Shown: positions 20,709 to 30,492 of the stretch, in pieces | Numbering within the stretch: position 1 is the first letter of the stretch | Layout of the letters: each line of letters begins with the position of its first letter | Assembly (NCBI GenBank): GCA_039588275.1 | Contig: JBDHAC010000008.1 | Span: 1 to 64,000, forward strand | DNA length: 64,000 bases | Direction of reading: 5' to 3' | From: Gemmatimonadota bacterium | GTDB taxonomy: Bacteria > Gemmatimonadota > Gemmatimonadetes > Palauibacterales > Palauibacteraceae | Translations under genes and position numbers: made by a program | Notes under the pieces: generated by a model | Told to the model about the DNA's origin: nothing | Seen by the model: only the letters and a program-made list of their open reading frames with translations | The model's database searches: none

Positions 20709-21779
20709 ATGAGCGCATCCCCGTCGGAGATCTTCGAGCTCCTGTCCCACTACAATCACGAGCAGGTACTCTTCAGCAATGAGCCCTCGTGCGGATACCG
20801 TGGGATCATCGCCCTGCACGACACTACGCTGGGGCCGGCCCTGGGGGGTACCCGCTTCTGGGACTACACTACCGATCGAGATGCATTGATCGATGTGCTG
20901 CGCCTGTCGCGCGGGATGACGTACAAGGCAGCCCTGGCCGGGTTGAATCTGGGCGGCGGCAAGGCGGTGATCATCGGTGACAACAAGACGCGCGACCGCG
21001 AGATGACCATGCGCGCGCACGGTCGTGCCGTGGATAGCCTCGGAGGTCGTTACATCACCGCCGAGGATGTGGGGACGTCCGTCGAGGACATGGACTTCGT
21101 CCACATGGAGACCGAGTGGGTGGTCGGGATGCAAGGCCGGTCCGGGGATCCATCGCCGGTCACCGCCTACGGCACGTATCGCGGCATCAAAGCATGTGCC
21201 CTGAAGAAGTTCGGAACCGAGGACCTCGGCGATCGGGCGATCGCGGTTCAGGGAGTCGGCCACGTCGGGTATCACCTGTGCCGCTATCTGTCAGAGGAGG
21301 GTGCGAAGCTGTTCGTGACGGACATTGACGATGCGCGGGCGGCGCAGGCCGCGGACGAGCTGGGCGCGGAAGTCGTGGATCCGGCGGACATCTACGAGGT
21401 GGAGGCGGACGTGTTCGCCCCATGCGCGCTGGGCGCCGTGCTGAACGACGGCACCATCCCGCAGCTGCGCGTGCAGATCGTGGCGGGCGCCGCCAACAAC
21501 CAACTCGAGCGGGCTGAGCACGATAACGATCTTCAGGATCGCGGTATCCTGTATGCGCCGGATTACGTGATCAACGCTGGCGGCTTGATCAACGTGTATT
21601 CCGAGCTGGCCGGCTGGACCCTGGAACGTTCGAAGCGAAAGGCCGGCGAGATCCACAACGTCCTGCTCGCCATCTTCGAGCTGGCCGAGTCGGAAGGCGT
21701 GACGAGCGCCGAAGCGGCTGACCGGCTGGCAGAACGGCGGCTGCTGAGAGTCGCGCAGCTGCACCGCTCCCAGTTCTGA
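20709..21779 (+). CDS. Leucine dehydrogenase (Glu/Leu/Phe/Val dehydrogenase family)
   Basis: HDTTLGPALGGTR, GMTYK, LGGGK, TAEDVG, GDPSPVTA, GAANNQL. Alternative TTG start at 20664. Confidence 0.93.
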   Translation: MSASPSEIFELLSHYNHEQVLFSNEPSCGYRGIIALHDTTLGPALGGTRFWDYTTDRDALIDVLRLSRGMTYKAALAGLNLGGGKAVIIGDNKTRDREMTMRAHGRAVDSLGGRYITAEDVGTSVEDMDFVHMETEWVVGMQGRSGDPSPVTAYGTYRGIKACALKKFGTEDLGDRAIAVQGVGHVGYHLCRYLSEEGAKLFVTDIDDARAAQAADELGAEVVDPADIYEVEADVFAPCALGAVLNDGTIPQLRVQIVAGAANNQLERAEHDNDLQDRGILYAPDYVINAGGLINVYSELAGWTLERSKRKAGEIHNVLLAIFELAESEGVTSAEAADRLAERRLLRVAQLHRSQF

Positions 21780-21837
21780 GCAGTCCTGAGCGGCACCGCC
21801 GGTCGAAACTATAGGCTCAACCGTGACGCGACATATC

Positions 21838-23172
21838 ATGAACGACTCGACATACTCTACCTCTACACTCGAGTGCACTGACTCGGAGGTCGCAGGCGCG
21901 ATACAACGCGAGCTTCGGCGGCAGCGCCGCGGACTGGAGTTGATCGCCAGCGAGAACTTCGTCTCGCGCTCCGTCCTCGAAGCGGCCAGCTGCGTGATGA
22001 CCAACAAGTATGCAGAGGGCTATCCCGGTAAGCGGTACTACGGCGGTTGCGAACACGTGGACGAAGTAGAGGAGCTGGCAAGGGTACGGGCCTGCCGACT
22101 GTTCGGAGCGGATCACGCAAACGTCCAGCCACACGCCGGGTCCCAGGCGAACATGGCAGCCTACTTCGCGCTGCTCGAGCCCGGAGACACGATCCTCGGG
22201 ATGGACCTCTCGCACGGGGGACATCTCACGCACGGGTCGCCGGTGAATTTCAGCGGCCGGCTTTACCACGTCGTCCCGTACGGCGTACGCGAATCCGACC
22301 GGACGGTCGATCTGGACGCGCTCGCGGAGTTGGCGCGGACGGAGAGTCCCGCGATGATCGTCGCGGGTGCGAGCGCGTATCCGCGGGCTCTCGATTTCGC
22401 GCCCTTCGCGGAGATCGCCGAGGCGTGTGGTGCTCACCTGATGGTCGACATGGCGCATATCGCCGGGCTCATAGCCGCCGGGATTCACCCTTCTCCGGTG
22501 CCGTACTCCGCGGTCGTCACCACCACGACCCACAAGACGCTGCGGGGACCCCGAGGTGGATTGATCCTGTGCCGTGAGGAGCACGCGAAGGCAATCGACA
22601 AGTCGGTGTTTCCGGGAATGCAGGGTGGGCCCCTCATGCACATCATCGCGGCGAAGGCCGTAGCGTTGGGCGAGGCCATGACGGAGGGGTTCAGGGATTA
22701 CGCACGCCAGGTCGTCGACAACGCTCGGACGCTGGCTGCCGAACTTCTCTCCGCCGGTTACGATCTTGTGGGGGGTGGCACGGATACGCACCTCATTCTC
22801 GTGGACCTCCGGACCACGGACCTCACCGGCAAGGAGGCGGAGGAGCTGCTCGGACGCGCCGAGATCACGGTGAACAAGAACACGGTGCCGTTCGAGACCC
22901 GGTCGCCCTTCGTCGCCTCCGGAATCCGAATCGGTACCTCGGCCGTTACCACGCGCGGGATGGGTCCGGACGAACTGCGGGTAATCGGGAGGCTCATGCA
23001 CCGAGTCCTGTCTTCCGGGGGGGACGAAAGCGTAGTGGGCGAGGTGGGCGCGGAAGTAAGCGAGCTGTGTGCTGCGTTCCCGCTGTATCCGGACCTCGAC
23101 CAGGGGTACGGCGCGGGATGGGAGCCGGGCGGGCTCGCCCGGTCCCCGCCCGAGGAAGCGCCGGCCGTCTGA
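21838..23172 (+). CDS. glyA: Serine hydroxymethyltransferase
   Basis: [35 protein letters not shown]. Confidence 0.98.
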   Translation: MNDSTYSTSTLECTDSEVAGAIQRELRRQRRGLELIASENFVSRSVLEAASCVMTNKYAEGYPGKRYYGGCEHVDEVEELARVRACRLFGADHANVQPHAGSQANMAAYFALLEPGDTILGMDLSHGGHLTHGSPVNFSGRLYHVVPYGVRESDRTVDLDALAELARTESPAMIVAGASAYPRALDFAPFAEIAEACGAHLMVDMAHIAGLIAAGIHPSPVPYSAVVTTTTHKTLRGPRGGLILCREEHAKAIDKSVFPGMQGGPLMHIIAAKAVALGEAMTEGFRDYARQVVDNARTLAAELLSAGYDLVGGGTDTHLILVDLRTTDLTGKEAEELLGRAEITVNKNTVPFETRSPFVASGIRIGTSAVTTRGMGPDELRVIGRLMHRVLSSGGDESVVGEVGAEVSELCAAFPLYPDLDQGYGAGWEPGGLARSPPEEAPAV

Positions 23173-23419
23173 GGTGCGACGAATGGATCGACGGAGGCTC
23201 GACTCGCGCGGCCTTGTCGAAGCGACTCCACCGGCCGCGCGAAGGGAGCGACATGGGAACGGGAATTGCGACCCGGCGGATGTCTACTTGACGCCAAGTT
23301 CTTGTGGCATCTAATTATTCGCGCCGGCTAAGGGAGTCAGGGTAGTCGGCGCAGGCAAAAGGGTCGCGAACGGTGTGGACCGTACGCGACGGTTGTTGGG
23401 GCGGAAGAGCGGCGTTGGG

Positions 23420-23791
23420 ATGAACGAAACGGCCATAGAGAGCGTGTTGGCGGAGCTACAGCGGCGGAACCCCAGGTACGCCGAGTCGGCCTACCTGTTC
23501 GTCCTGACCGCGCTCCATGGTCGTCTGGCGCAACTCGATGTTCCCCGCCATATCTCCGGTGCCGAGGTGGCGGATGCCGTCCGGAGTCTCGCCCTCGAGC
23601 GGTTTGGGCCCATGGCCCGCACCGTGCTGGAGCACTGGGGCGTCCACTCCACGGCGGATATGGGAGAAATCGTGTTCGCCCTCGTCGAGTGCGGCGTGTT
23701 GATCAAACAGCCGCACGACAGTCGGGAGGACTTCGAGGGCCTGTTCACGTTCGAAGAAGCGTTTGAAGACAGCTACCCCTGGGGGAGATAG
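23420..23791 (+). CDS. Conserved hypothetical protein (Minf_1886-like family)
   Basis: RY...AYLFV, RHISG, FGPMARTVLEHWGV, DMGEIVF, DSREDF pattern recognised from memory. Confidence 0.85.
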   Translation: MNETAIESVLAELQRRNPRYAESAYLFVLTALHGRLAQLDVPRHISGAEVADAVRSLALERFGPMARTVLEHWGVHSTADMGEIVFALVECGVLIKQPHDSREDFEGLFTFEEAFEDSYPWGR

Positions 23792-23909
23792 AGGACCATT
23801 GGTCCGCCACGCGACCGGAGTGGCGCGGGCGGCGGCTGCTTGATCGGACACCGAAGGCCTGGCAAAGGCTCGACGAACTGGCCGTTCATACTTGGGGAGG
23901 GGTGACCGC

Positions 23910-24107
23910 GTGGATGATTCTAGCCGCTTTACACAGTGTCTGAGCTGCCGGGAGGGGGTGCTGCTTCCGCTCTCGGACTATGGGCGTGACGGAGCGCCGA
24001 TTCGATACAAGGCATGGGTTTGCTCGAAACCCGATTGCGGGTTCAACATCCGAATCGACAACGGCGAGATCAGCTTCGGTCGAACCATCCAGCAGTCTTA
24101 CAAGTAG
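23910..24107 (+). CDS. Small Zn-ribbon-like protein (65 aa)
   Basis: GTG after a GGAGG SD; CLSC...WVCSKPDC cysteine pairs. Confidence 0.75.
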   Translation: MDDSSRFTQCLSCREGVLLPLSDYGRDGAPIRYKAWVCSKPDCGFNIRIDNGEISFGRTIQQSYK

Positions 24108-24140
24108 CCGCGGCGGGCGGCGCGGCGTCCGCACAGTGAC

Positions 24141-25721
24141 ATGAACGTCCTCCCCACCCGCCAGGAGTGGTGGCGGGCGGCAGCCCGCCAGGTCTGGCTC
24201 CCCACCGCAGAGGAAATGGCAGCGCTCGACCGCGCGGCCACCGGCTCCGGTTCGATTCCCGAGCGCGCACTCATCGAGAATGCCGGACGCGAAGTCGCCC
24301 GGATCATCCAGCACCGATGGCCCGAAGGGCGCGTGGTTGCCCTGGCAGGAAGCGGCCACAATGGAGCGGACGCACTGGTCGCGTTGCGAACGCTCCATGC
24401 GTGGGGACGGGATGTGACCGCCGTTCGCTGCGGAAGCCAGGCGCCGGAGCCGGACGTGCTCCGGGGCTGGAGAATCGAGCTCGTGGACCCGGAAAAGCTG
24501 TCGGAGCACACGACCGGCGCCGCGGTCCTCCTGGACGGCATCTTGGGGACGGGACTCGCCGCGGCGCCGCGAGAGCCACAGGCGTCGATCATTGAGTCGG
24601 CCAACACCTCCGGGATCCCCATTGCGGCCGTGGATGGTCCGAGCGGCGCGAACTTCAGCACGGGCGCGGTTCCGGGAGCCTGTATCCGTGCAACGCTCAC
24701 CGTTTCCTTCGGCTGGCCGAAGCTCGGCCTCCTCCGCTTTCCCGCACGCACGCGATGCGGCGACCTGTTCGCGGTAGAGATCGGCTTTCCACCACCGGTC
24801 GAGAACCCTCGCGCTCGCGCGATCACGGCTGCCTGGGTAGCGGAGGACATGTTGCGTTCCCGAGCCGCCGACGCGCACAAGGGAAGCGCCGGCTACCTCA
24901 CTCTCGTAGCCGGTCAGCCGGGGATGGCGGGTGCCGCCGTACTCGCGGCACGTACGGCGGTCAGGGGCGGGGTCGGCATAGTTCGGGTGGTGAGCGATCC
25001 GCAGAACAGGGAGATCGTGCAGACGGCCGTCCCGGAAGCGGTCTTCGTTCCCTGGGATTCGCCGGAGAGGGTGGCCGAGTCGGCGGCCTGGGCGGACGCG
25101 ATCGCGCTGGGACCCGGCCTCGGGCGCGACCCGACCCGAGTGACGCTGGTCGACCGCATCCTGGGAGCGCGAGGCGCCAAGCCCATCCTGCTGGATGCCG
25201 ATGGACTGAACCTCTGGGAAGGACGAGCCGATGCTCTCGCCGTGGCACTGCGTGGCGCGGCCCTTTTGACTCCCCACCCGGGGGAGATGGCCCGGTTGCT
25301 CGGGCGCCCGTTGAGCGAGGTCCTCGCCGATCCTCCCGCTGCGGCTCGGGACGCGGCGGATCGCTTCGGGGCAACCGTCCTGCTGAAGGGTGCCCCCTCC
25401 TGGGTGGCGCACCCGGGTGAGCCGCTGCGCGTCACGACGATCGCGACGCCCGCGCTGGCCACGGGCGGCATGGGGGATGTCCTCACGGGCCTGGCCGGCG
25501 CCTACCTGGCTGCCGGGCTTCCCCCACTGGATGCGGCGAGCGCGGCGTTGATGGTCACCGGGATCTCGGTGGGCAGCGCGCCCCATTCGATCGGACATTC
25601 GGCCGCCGACGTGCCCGAGCGCCTGGTCGGGGCGAGGGCGGCGCTGGATGAAGAACGACTCCCTCAATGGCAGAGCGTACTCATCGCCCTCCCGTCGGTC
25701 GAGGAGGAGGTAGACGCGTGA
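24141..25721 (+). CDS. nnr: Bifunctional NAD(P)H-hydrate epimerase/dehydratase
   Basis: ENAG, GSGHNGAD, DGILGTG, HKGSAG, GPGLG, DADGLN, TPHPGE, TGGMGDVLTG. Confidence 0.94.
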   Translation: MNVLPTRQEWWRAAARQVWLPTAEEMAALDRAATGSGSIPERALIENAGREVARIIQHRWPEGRVVALAGSGHNGADALVALRTLHAWGRDVTAVRCGSQAPEPDVLRGWRIELVDPEKLSEHTTGAAVLLDGILGTGLAAAPREPQASIIESANTSGIPIAAVDGPSGANFSTGAVPGACIRATLTVSFGWPKLGLLRFPARTRCGDLFAVEIGFPPPVENPRARAITAAWVAEDMLRSRAADAHKGSAGYLTLVAGQPGMAGAAVLAARTAVRGGVGIVRVVSDPQNREIVQTAVPEAVFVPWDSPERVAESAAWADAIALGPGLGRDPTRVTLVDRILGARGAKPILLDADGLNLWEGRADALAVALRGAALLTPHPGEMARLLGRPLSEVLADPPAAARDAADRFGATVLLKGAPSWVAHPGEPLRVTTIATPALATGGMGDVLTGLAGAYLAAGLPPLDAASAALMVTGISVGSAPHSIGHSAADVPERLVGARAALDEERLPQWQSVLIALPSVEEEVDA

Positions 25722-26764
25722 GCGAGGACGGCGGCGATCGAAACGCCTGGTCCGGGCTCAGCCTCGCGGCCGGTCCGGAAGCGGATCTGATCCGAGCGCT
25801 GGTGGACAACGCACGTGCGAGCGGCTCCCCACCCGGGTGGCTTCACGTGCCCCTCGGAGATGACGCCGCTTCCCTGAGCTTGCCGTCGGCCGCCCGGCTA
25901 GTGCTCAGTTCCGACGCCTGTGTGGAGGACATCCATTTCCGGAGGGCATGGGCGACCTGGGAGACCGTCGGGTACCGGGCAGTCGCCGCCGCCCTCAGCG
26001 ATCTGGCGGCCATGGCGGCCCAACCCCTGGGGGTGCTCGTCGCTCTTGCCCTCCCGCCCGAGCTGGGGGAGCCGGTGGCCGCCGCGATCGGAAGAGGCAT
26101 CGGTGAGTGCCTCGTAGAGCACGGGGGTGAGTTGCTGGGGGGCGACGTAGGTGGGTCGCCGGGTCCCGTCATGCTCGATGTCACTGCGGTCGGGCACGCC
26201 GCGGCACCCGTGACTCGAGACGGCGGCGAGCCGGGCGACGAGCTCTGGCTCACGGGTCATGTCGGCGGCGCGGCGGCAGCCGTCGCAGACCTCCAACGCG
26301 GACTCGAGCCGACTCCTGAAGCCCGCCGCGCGTTCGAGCGGCCCACTGCGCGGTTGAAGGAGGCTCAGTGGTTGGCGGAGCGCGCTTCGCTACATGCGCT
26401 GATCGACCTGTCGGACGGGCTTGCGCGCGACGCGCGTCACCTTGCCGCAGCGTCCCGTGTGGGTGCCGTGATCGAGTTGGCCGCGATCCCGGCGGCCCCT
26501 TCGCTGCGGAGCTTCGCCGAGAGCGATGCGGTGCTGCACCTCAAGCTTGCCGGGGGTGAGGATTACGAGTTGTTGGTCGCTGCCGCGCCCGGCGTGTTGA
26601 GCGCGCTGGCCGCTCCGTTCGCCGCGACCTTCGGTCTACCGCTGACGCGGGTCGGCGAACTGGTTCCGATCGAGCGCGGCGTGCGATGGCGTGGCCCCGA
26701 CGGGACTGCTCATGACCTGGACATGCAAGGGTTCGATCATTTCGATGAAGCGAGCCGGTCGTGA
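25718..26764 (+). CDS. thiL: Thiamine-monophosphate kinase
   Basis: GDDAA, LSDLAAMAA, GGD, IDLSDGL, GGEDYEL. Confidence 0.94.
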   Translation: MSEDGGDRNAWSGLSLAAGPEADLIRALVDNARASGSPPGWLHVPLGDDAASLSLPSAARLVLSSDACVEDIHFRRAWATWETVGYRAVAAALSDLAAMAAQPLGVLVALALPPELGEPVAAAIGRGIGECLVEHGGELLGGDVGGSPGPVMLDVTAVGHAAAPVTRDGGEPGDELWLTGHVGGAAAAVADLQRGLEPTPEARRAFERPTARLKEAQWLAERASLHALIDLSDGLARDARHLAAASRVGAVIELAAIPAAPSLRSFAESDAVLHLKLAGGEDYELLVAAAPGVLSALAAPFAATFGLPLTRVGELVPIERGVRWRGPDGTAHDLDMQGFDHFDEASRS

Positions 26765-27504
26765 TCCGCATCGCGTGGTTCGCCGTGGTCACGTTCTTAT
26801 CGACGCTGTTCTTCTCCCTCGTGGGAGTCGTGGGTGGGATCGTCCGAGGCGGGAGAGGCTGGTACGACTGGATTCATCGTCACTGGTCGCGATCGCTCCT
26901 CCACGCGGCGGGCGTGCGGGTGGAAGCGGAGGGGTTGGAGCACGTGCGACCGGGCGAGGCCCACCTCTTCGTCTCGAATCACCAATCGCTGTTCGACGTC
27001 TGGGCGATGATGGCCGTGCTGCCCGTTTCACTCCGCTTCGTGGCCAAACAAGAATTGCGGCAGATTCCGATCTTCGGCGCCGCCTGCCGCTCCGCGGGGC
27101 ACGTGTTCATCGACCGAAGCGACGCGGCGCGCGCCAGCGACGCGATCCGAGTCGCTGGGAAGCGAATGGAGCGCGATGGGCTGTCCCTCGTCATGTTCCC
27201 GGAGGGGACGCGGTCCCCAGACGGAAGACTCAGGCGCTTCAAGAAAGGGGCGTTCGCGCTCGCCATCGAAACACAGGCGGACCTCGTGCCGGTGGCGATC
27301 GATGGCGGTGGGCGTGTCCTGCCGAGAGGCGCCCGGAGTGTACGTCCCGGCGTCATCCGACTGCGGTGCGCAGCCCGAGTCCCACTGAGGGGGTTGACCG
27401 TCGCTGACCGCGACGCCCTCGTCGCGGGCACACGGGACACCGTCGAGCGACTGCTGGAACAGCTTCGCGAGTCCGAAATCCAGGAGCCCGCCCCGATCGC
27501 CTGA
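26761..27504 (+). CDS. plsC: 1-acyl-sn-glycerol-3-phosphate acyltransferase
   Basis: NHQSLFD, FVAKQEL, FPEGTRS, FKKGAF. Confidence 0.93.
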   Translation: MIRIAWFAVVTFLSTLFFSLVGVVGGIVRGGRGWYDWIHRHWSRSLLHAAGVRVEAEGLEHVRPGEAHLFVSNHQSLFDVWAMMAVLPVSLRFVAKQELRQIPIFGAACRSAGHVFIDRSDAARASDAIRVAGKRMERDGLSLVMFPEGTRSPDGRLRRFKKGAFALAIETQADLVPVAIDGGGRVLPRGARSVRPGVIRLRCAARVPLRGLTVADRDALVAGTRDTVERLLEQLRESEIQEPAPIA

Positions 27505-27674
27505 TCGACTGCCCGGCCAGGGCGAAACCGAACCCGCGAACCCCTTGATCCGGTCCGTCCTACGGCGCACTATAAACATGTGAGGGGTGGGGTCGGAGCG
27601 GCATATGCCGCCGGGTGGGGCCTCCCGGAATTGACCACACGAACATGGCAAGAACCGCGAACCGCACGAGGTGA

Positions 27675-29319
<1,645 letters not shown>

Positions 29320-29337
29320 GATGTCGCGACGCACCGC

Positions 29338-29365
29338 AGACCGGAGCTTCGGCTCCGGTCTTGTT
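29338..29365 (+). terminator. cUUCGg hairpin, terminator-like or tRNA leader stem
   Basis: AGACCGGAGC-TTCG-GCTCCGGTCT followed by TGTT. Confidence 0.6.
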
Positions 29366-29367
29366 CC

Positions 29368-29441
29368 GGCAGGGTAGCTCAGCCTGGTAGAGCAAGGGAC
29401 TCATAAGCCCTGGGTCGCGGGTTCGAATCCCGCCCCTGCCA
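29368..29441 (+). tRNA. tRNA with CAT anticodon (probably elongator Met; Ile2 not excluded); CCA not encoded
   Basis: Acceptor GGCAGGG/CCCTGCC, D arm GCTC/GAGC, anticodon loop CTCATAA, T arm GCGGG-TTCGAAT-CCCGC; G1-C72 is paired, so not an initiator. Confidence 0.95.
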
Positions 29442-29455
29442 TTGGACAGAACACC

Positions 29456-29493
29456 ACGCCACTCTTGGATATTCAAGTGTGGCGTTTCTCTTT
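29456..29493 (+). terminator. Rho-independent terminator after the tRNA
   Basis: ACGCCAC-TCTTG...CAAGT-GTGGCGT followed by TTCTCTTT. Confidence 0.7.
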
Positions 29494-29750
29494 CCAATAC
29501 CCTGCAATCGTCTACGGTGTCAGTGGCGGTGACAAACCCCCCCCAGGCAAGGGGGCAGGGGAGAAAGTGCCGGAGAGAGCCGCTCAGAGCCGTCCACGGG
29601 GCTTCTGGCGAGGTGCAGCAGGAGGGTGTGGAAGGGGGGTACGCGCGTGTTGGCTACCTGTCTCGCGCGGGGTGGTATTGTGGATATACAGACCCTATAC
29701 TCTGAAGATCTGCCGTACGCCTCTGTCGTATTCTGCCACAGGAGGTTTCG

Positions 29751-30245
29751 ATGCCCAAGCTCACCAAGCTCAGCGCCCTGGCTCTCGTCGCCGTGTTTGC
29801 CGTCGCGTGCAGCGACAGCCCGACCGACCCGGTCACTGGGGCTCCCGCGCCGGCGTTCAACCAAGGCGGGCAGGGCCAGGGAGCCCAGTTCGTCGACAAC
29901 CCGTTCGCAGGGATCAACCACACCGACCCCGACGGCGATTTCTGCCGCTCGCGAGTTGACCCGCCCAGAGACGACATCAACGACTTCATCCGGACCAATC
30001 CCAACGGGTCGAGATTCCTTCACATCGCCGATCATCCGGCAACGGTGACTGTGATCACTGCCGCAGGAGTCGTTTGGCGCGGGACAGGCAAGCTGAACAT
30101 CAACGTTCGCCTGGGCAACCCGCAGTTCCAGTACCAGTCGACCGCAGTGGTGGGCGATGCGGCGGGCAACACGATGCGGGCTGTGTGCAAGTTTGTCCGG
30201 GGTCCAAATGGGAAAGTGGGCGTAAACGAGGTCAGTCTGCACTGA
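29751..30245 (+). CDS. Hypothetical lipoprotein
   Basis: AGGAGG SD; signal peptide MPKLTKLSALALVAVFAVA-C lipobox; beta-rich mature region. Confidence 0.85.
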   Translation: MPKLTKLSALALVAVFAVACSDSPTDPVTGAPAPAFNQGGQGQGAQFVDNPFAGINHTDPDGDFCRSRVDPPRDDINDFIRTNPNGSRFLHIADHPATVTVITAAGVVWRGTGKLNINVRLGNPQFQYQSTAVVGDAAGNTMRAVCKFVRGPNGKVGVNEVSLH

Positions 30246-30295
30246 GGGTTGGGTTAACCCTAACAAAAGTCGGTCTCACCTGAGATGCGGATGAC

Positions 30296-30333
30296 GGGGC
30301 GATTCCTTCGGGGGCCGCCCCCTTCCTGCTTTT
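30296..30333 (+). terminator. Terminator-like cUUCGg hairpin after the lipoprotein gene
   Basis: GGGGCG-a-TTCC-TTCG-GGGG-c-CGCCCC followed by CTTCCTGCTTTT. Confidence 0.55.
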
Positions 30334-30492
30334 CACAGCTGGTCCCTGGATTGGTCCTTCCTCGTGGGGTCTCAGCGGGACTCGTGAGGAACAGTCCGAC
30401 AAGGATTCCGCGCCAGTTGGACGTATTCGGACAGGTGGGGACTAGTTCGGACTCCCCGAATCCGTCTCGAAAACTGGCGCCCTCACGTCGGC

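Noticed and set aside
23254..23270. sigma54-like GG-N10-GC element (GGGAACGGGAATTGC)
   Set aside because: Departs from TGGCAC at several positions and has no supporting evidence
29490..29510. CCCTGCAATCG as a possible degenerate att copy of the tRNA 3' end
   Set aside because: Too short and mismatched, and too close to the tRNA to delimit an element
30246..30492. Integron attC/attI interpretation of the integrase plus lipoprotein
   Set aside because: No RYYYAAC...GTTRRRY attC structure was seen and the integrase is not recognisably IntI; GTTGGGTTAACCCTAAC is only a short palindrome
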